DNA of 51,017 nucleotides, from sequence record NZ_CP032820.1; one strand, 5' to 3'. The notes beneath the pieces were generated by a model. That model did not search any database, was not told the DNA's origin, and saw nothing but the letters and a program-made list of their open reading frames with translations. Positions 49,551-51,017 of the stretch are shown piece by piece; the first letter of the stretch is position 1, and every line of letters begins with the position of its first letter. The translations under genes were made by a program, and so were the position numbers. Source of the DNA: a plasmid.

Positions 49551-49608
49551 TGATTAGTAATCTAAAAGCACTCCGATAACGATTAGAGTGCTTTTAGATT
49601 ACTAATCA
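49551..49608. terminator. 23-bp perfect palindrome with 12-nt loop immediately after the mob gene
   Basis: TGATTAGTAATCTAAAAGCACTC-cgataacgatta-GAGTGCTTTTAGATTACTAATCA. Confidence 0.6.
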
Positions 49609-49653
49609 TTAATTATCAAAGCAAGTGCAGTTTAAGATTTTACTGGAGAGCGT

Positions 49654-51017
49654 AAATTAAAGTGTGTCAAGTAAGGTAAAAAATAATAACTTTAGACACA
49701 CTTTTTTATTATGAGCGAAAGATTTGATTACGAACAGTTCAAGGCGAACGCCATAGAACAATTGAAGGCGGGAGTACCACTATCCGGCAAGGACGGAGTA
49801 TTGGCACCGCTGTTGGAGAATCTGCTTAACAGCGCGCTGGAAGGAGAGATGGACAGCCATCTGGAAGGAGTAGAACGGGAGTACGGGAATCGGCGCAACG
49901 GGCACATGAGCAAGCAGGTCCAGACCTCGATGGGCGAAATAACGATCAACACGCCGCGGGACAGGGACGGGACATTCGACCCGCAGGTTGTCCGGAAGAG
50001 GGAGAAGATACTGGCGGACTCATTGGCGGACAGGATAATAGGGCTGTATGCCATCGGGAACAGCACGAGGGAGATAAGCGACATACTGGAGGAGCAGTTC
50101 GGGAACAGGATATCGGCGGAGACGATCAGCAGCATCACGGACAGGGTGCTGCCGGAGATCCAGGCATGGAAGAGCCGGGCGCTGGAAAGCGTCTATCCCA
50201 TAGTATGGCTTGATGCGGTGCATTATAAGGTGATGGACGAGAAGAACCGTCCTGTGACCAGAGCCATATATAATGTTCTGGCAATCAATTCGGAAGGCCG
50301 CAAGGAATTGCTCGGGATGTACATATCCAAGAGCGAGGGTGCGAACTTCTGGCTGGGTGTCCTGACCGACCTCCAGAGCAGAGGAGTCCGGGACATCCTC
50401 ATAGCGTGCGTTGACGGGCTGAAGGGTTTCCCGGATGCGATAGCGAGCGTCTTTCCCGAGACCACGGTGCAGTTGTGTATAGTCCACCAGATACGCAACT
50501 CGATAAAGTATGTGGCCAGCAAGCGGCAGAAGGAGTTCATGAAGGATCTGAAGCAGGTCTACCAGGCGGTGAACAAGGATGCGGCGGAACAGGCTCTGGA
50601 TGAGCTGGAACTGAAGTGGGGCGAGGACTATCCGATAGTCATCAAGAGCTGGCGTGACAACTGGGAAAGGCTCAGCGCGTACTTCCAATACTCCGAACAC
50701 ATACGGCGCATAATATACACCACCAACACCGTGGAGGGCTACCACCGCCAGTTGCGTAAGGTCACCAAGAACAAGGGGGTCTTTCCGAACGACACAGCCC
50801 TCGAAAAACTTGTGTTTATGGCATTTACAAGAATCAGACGCAAGTGGACGCAGCCTGTCCAGAACTGGGGTCAGACTGCCCAGCAACTGGCCATCCTGTT
50901 CCCGGACAGGTTCAGGATACTGTCCTGAAAAAACACTATTATTTGGAGTTCTTTGATAGGTTTGATAAATTAGCGGTTGGAGTAGGCGGCCATGGCCGCC
51001 TACTCCGACACAACAAA
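49654..51017 (+). mobile_element. IS256-family IS copy B, truncated by the window end; left IR core TGTGTCAAGT at 49664-49673
   Basis: 49711-51017 is identical to 1-1307. The transposase CDS is at 49711..50928. Confidence 0.7.
49711..50928 (+). CDS. IS256-family transposase, copy B
   Basis: Identical to 1..1218. Confidence 0.85.
   Translation: MSERFDYEQFKANAIEQLKAGVPLSGKDGVLAPLLENLLNSALEGEMDSHLEGVEREYGNRRNGHMSKQVQTSMGEITINTPRDRDGTFDPQVVRKREKILADSLADRIIGLYAIGNSTREISDILEEQFGNRISAETISSITDRVLPEIQAWKSRALESVYPIVWLDAVHYKVMDEKNRPVTRAIYNVLAINSEGRKELLGMYISKSEGANFWLGVLTDLQSRGVRDILIACVDGLKGFPDAIASVFPETTVQLCIVHQIRNSIKYVASKRQKEFMKDLKQVYQAVNKDAAEQALDELELKWGEDYPIVIKSWRDNWERLSAYFQYSEHIRRIIYTTNTVEGYHRQLRKVTKNKGVFPNDTALEKLVFMAFTRIRRKWTQPVQNWGQTAQQLAILFPDRFRILS

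Larger units (their letters stand above)
41250..49620 (+). mobile_element. NBU1/Tn4555-like mobilizable transposon (integrase, Xis-like HTH, AAA ATPase, primase, Mob relaxase)
   Basis: Abrupt GC shift (about 33% to about 50%). Gene order int-orf-HTH-AAA-primase-mob parallels NBU1 (intN1-orf2-orf2x-prmN1-mobN1). Arm-type direct repeats lie at the left end. Confidence 0.7.

Overview
AT-rich (~33% GC) Bacteroidales-type conjugative replicon carrying a cefoxitin-resistance beta-lactamase (CfxA family). Bases 1-1307 are identical to 49711-51017: an IS256-family transposase plus its downstream end. The CTnDOT-like transfer operon is split across the window ends (traD?-E-F-G-H/I-J-K-L at 34.1-41.2 kb; traM-N and associated lipoproteins at 3.3-8.3 kb). 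The simplest reading is a circular element of about 49.7 kb shown with terminal redundancy. In that circle, a GC-rich (~50%) NBU1/Tn4555-like mobilizable transposon, one IS256-like IS and cfxA form an 11.9-kb insertion between traL and traM. The multi-HTH protein, tyrosine integrase, Xis-like HTH, AAA ATPase, zinc-finger/Toprim primase and Mob relaxase lie at 41.5-49.5 kb. The backbone also encodes a MobC-family accessory protein, a MOBP-type relaxase, ParA and a DUF3408-like protein, a VirD4-type coupling protein, an iteron-associated Rep, a serine resolvase, a zeta-toxin module and a DUF3791/DUF3990 pair. An M23 peptidase, a DUF3945/DUF4099/Toprim cluster, an HU protein, an ArdC-like antirestriction protein and a run of small unknown ORFs resembling a leading-region island are also present. 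The most unusual feature is a family of modular intergenic repeats. Type A is 249 bp and MITE-like with 14-bp TIRs (TTTTCCCTAAAGTT). Type B is about 180 bp. Type C is a 150-bp promoter-plus-ATG module. Types A and B together carry more than 30 copies of the octamer TTGATACC and sit at the boundaries of nearly every operon, which suggests a dispersed operator/centromere regulon rather than simple selfish repeats. Two palindromic (TGTCCC)n/(GGGACA)n hexamer arrays are embedded in coding sequence at the AAA-primase junction of the mobilizable transposon.
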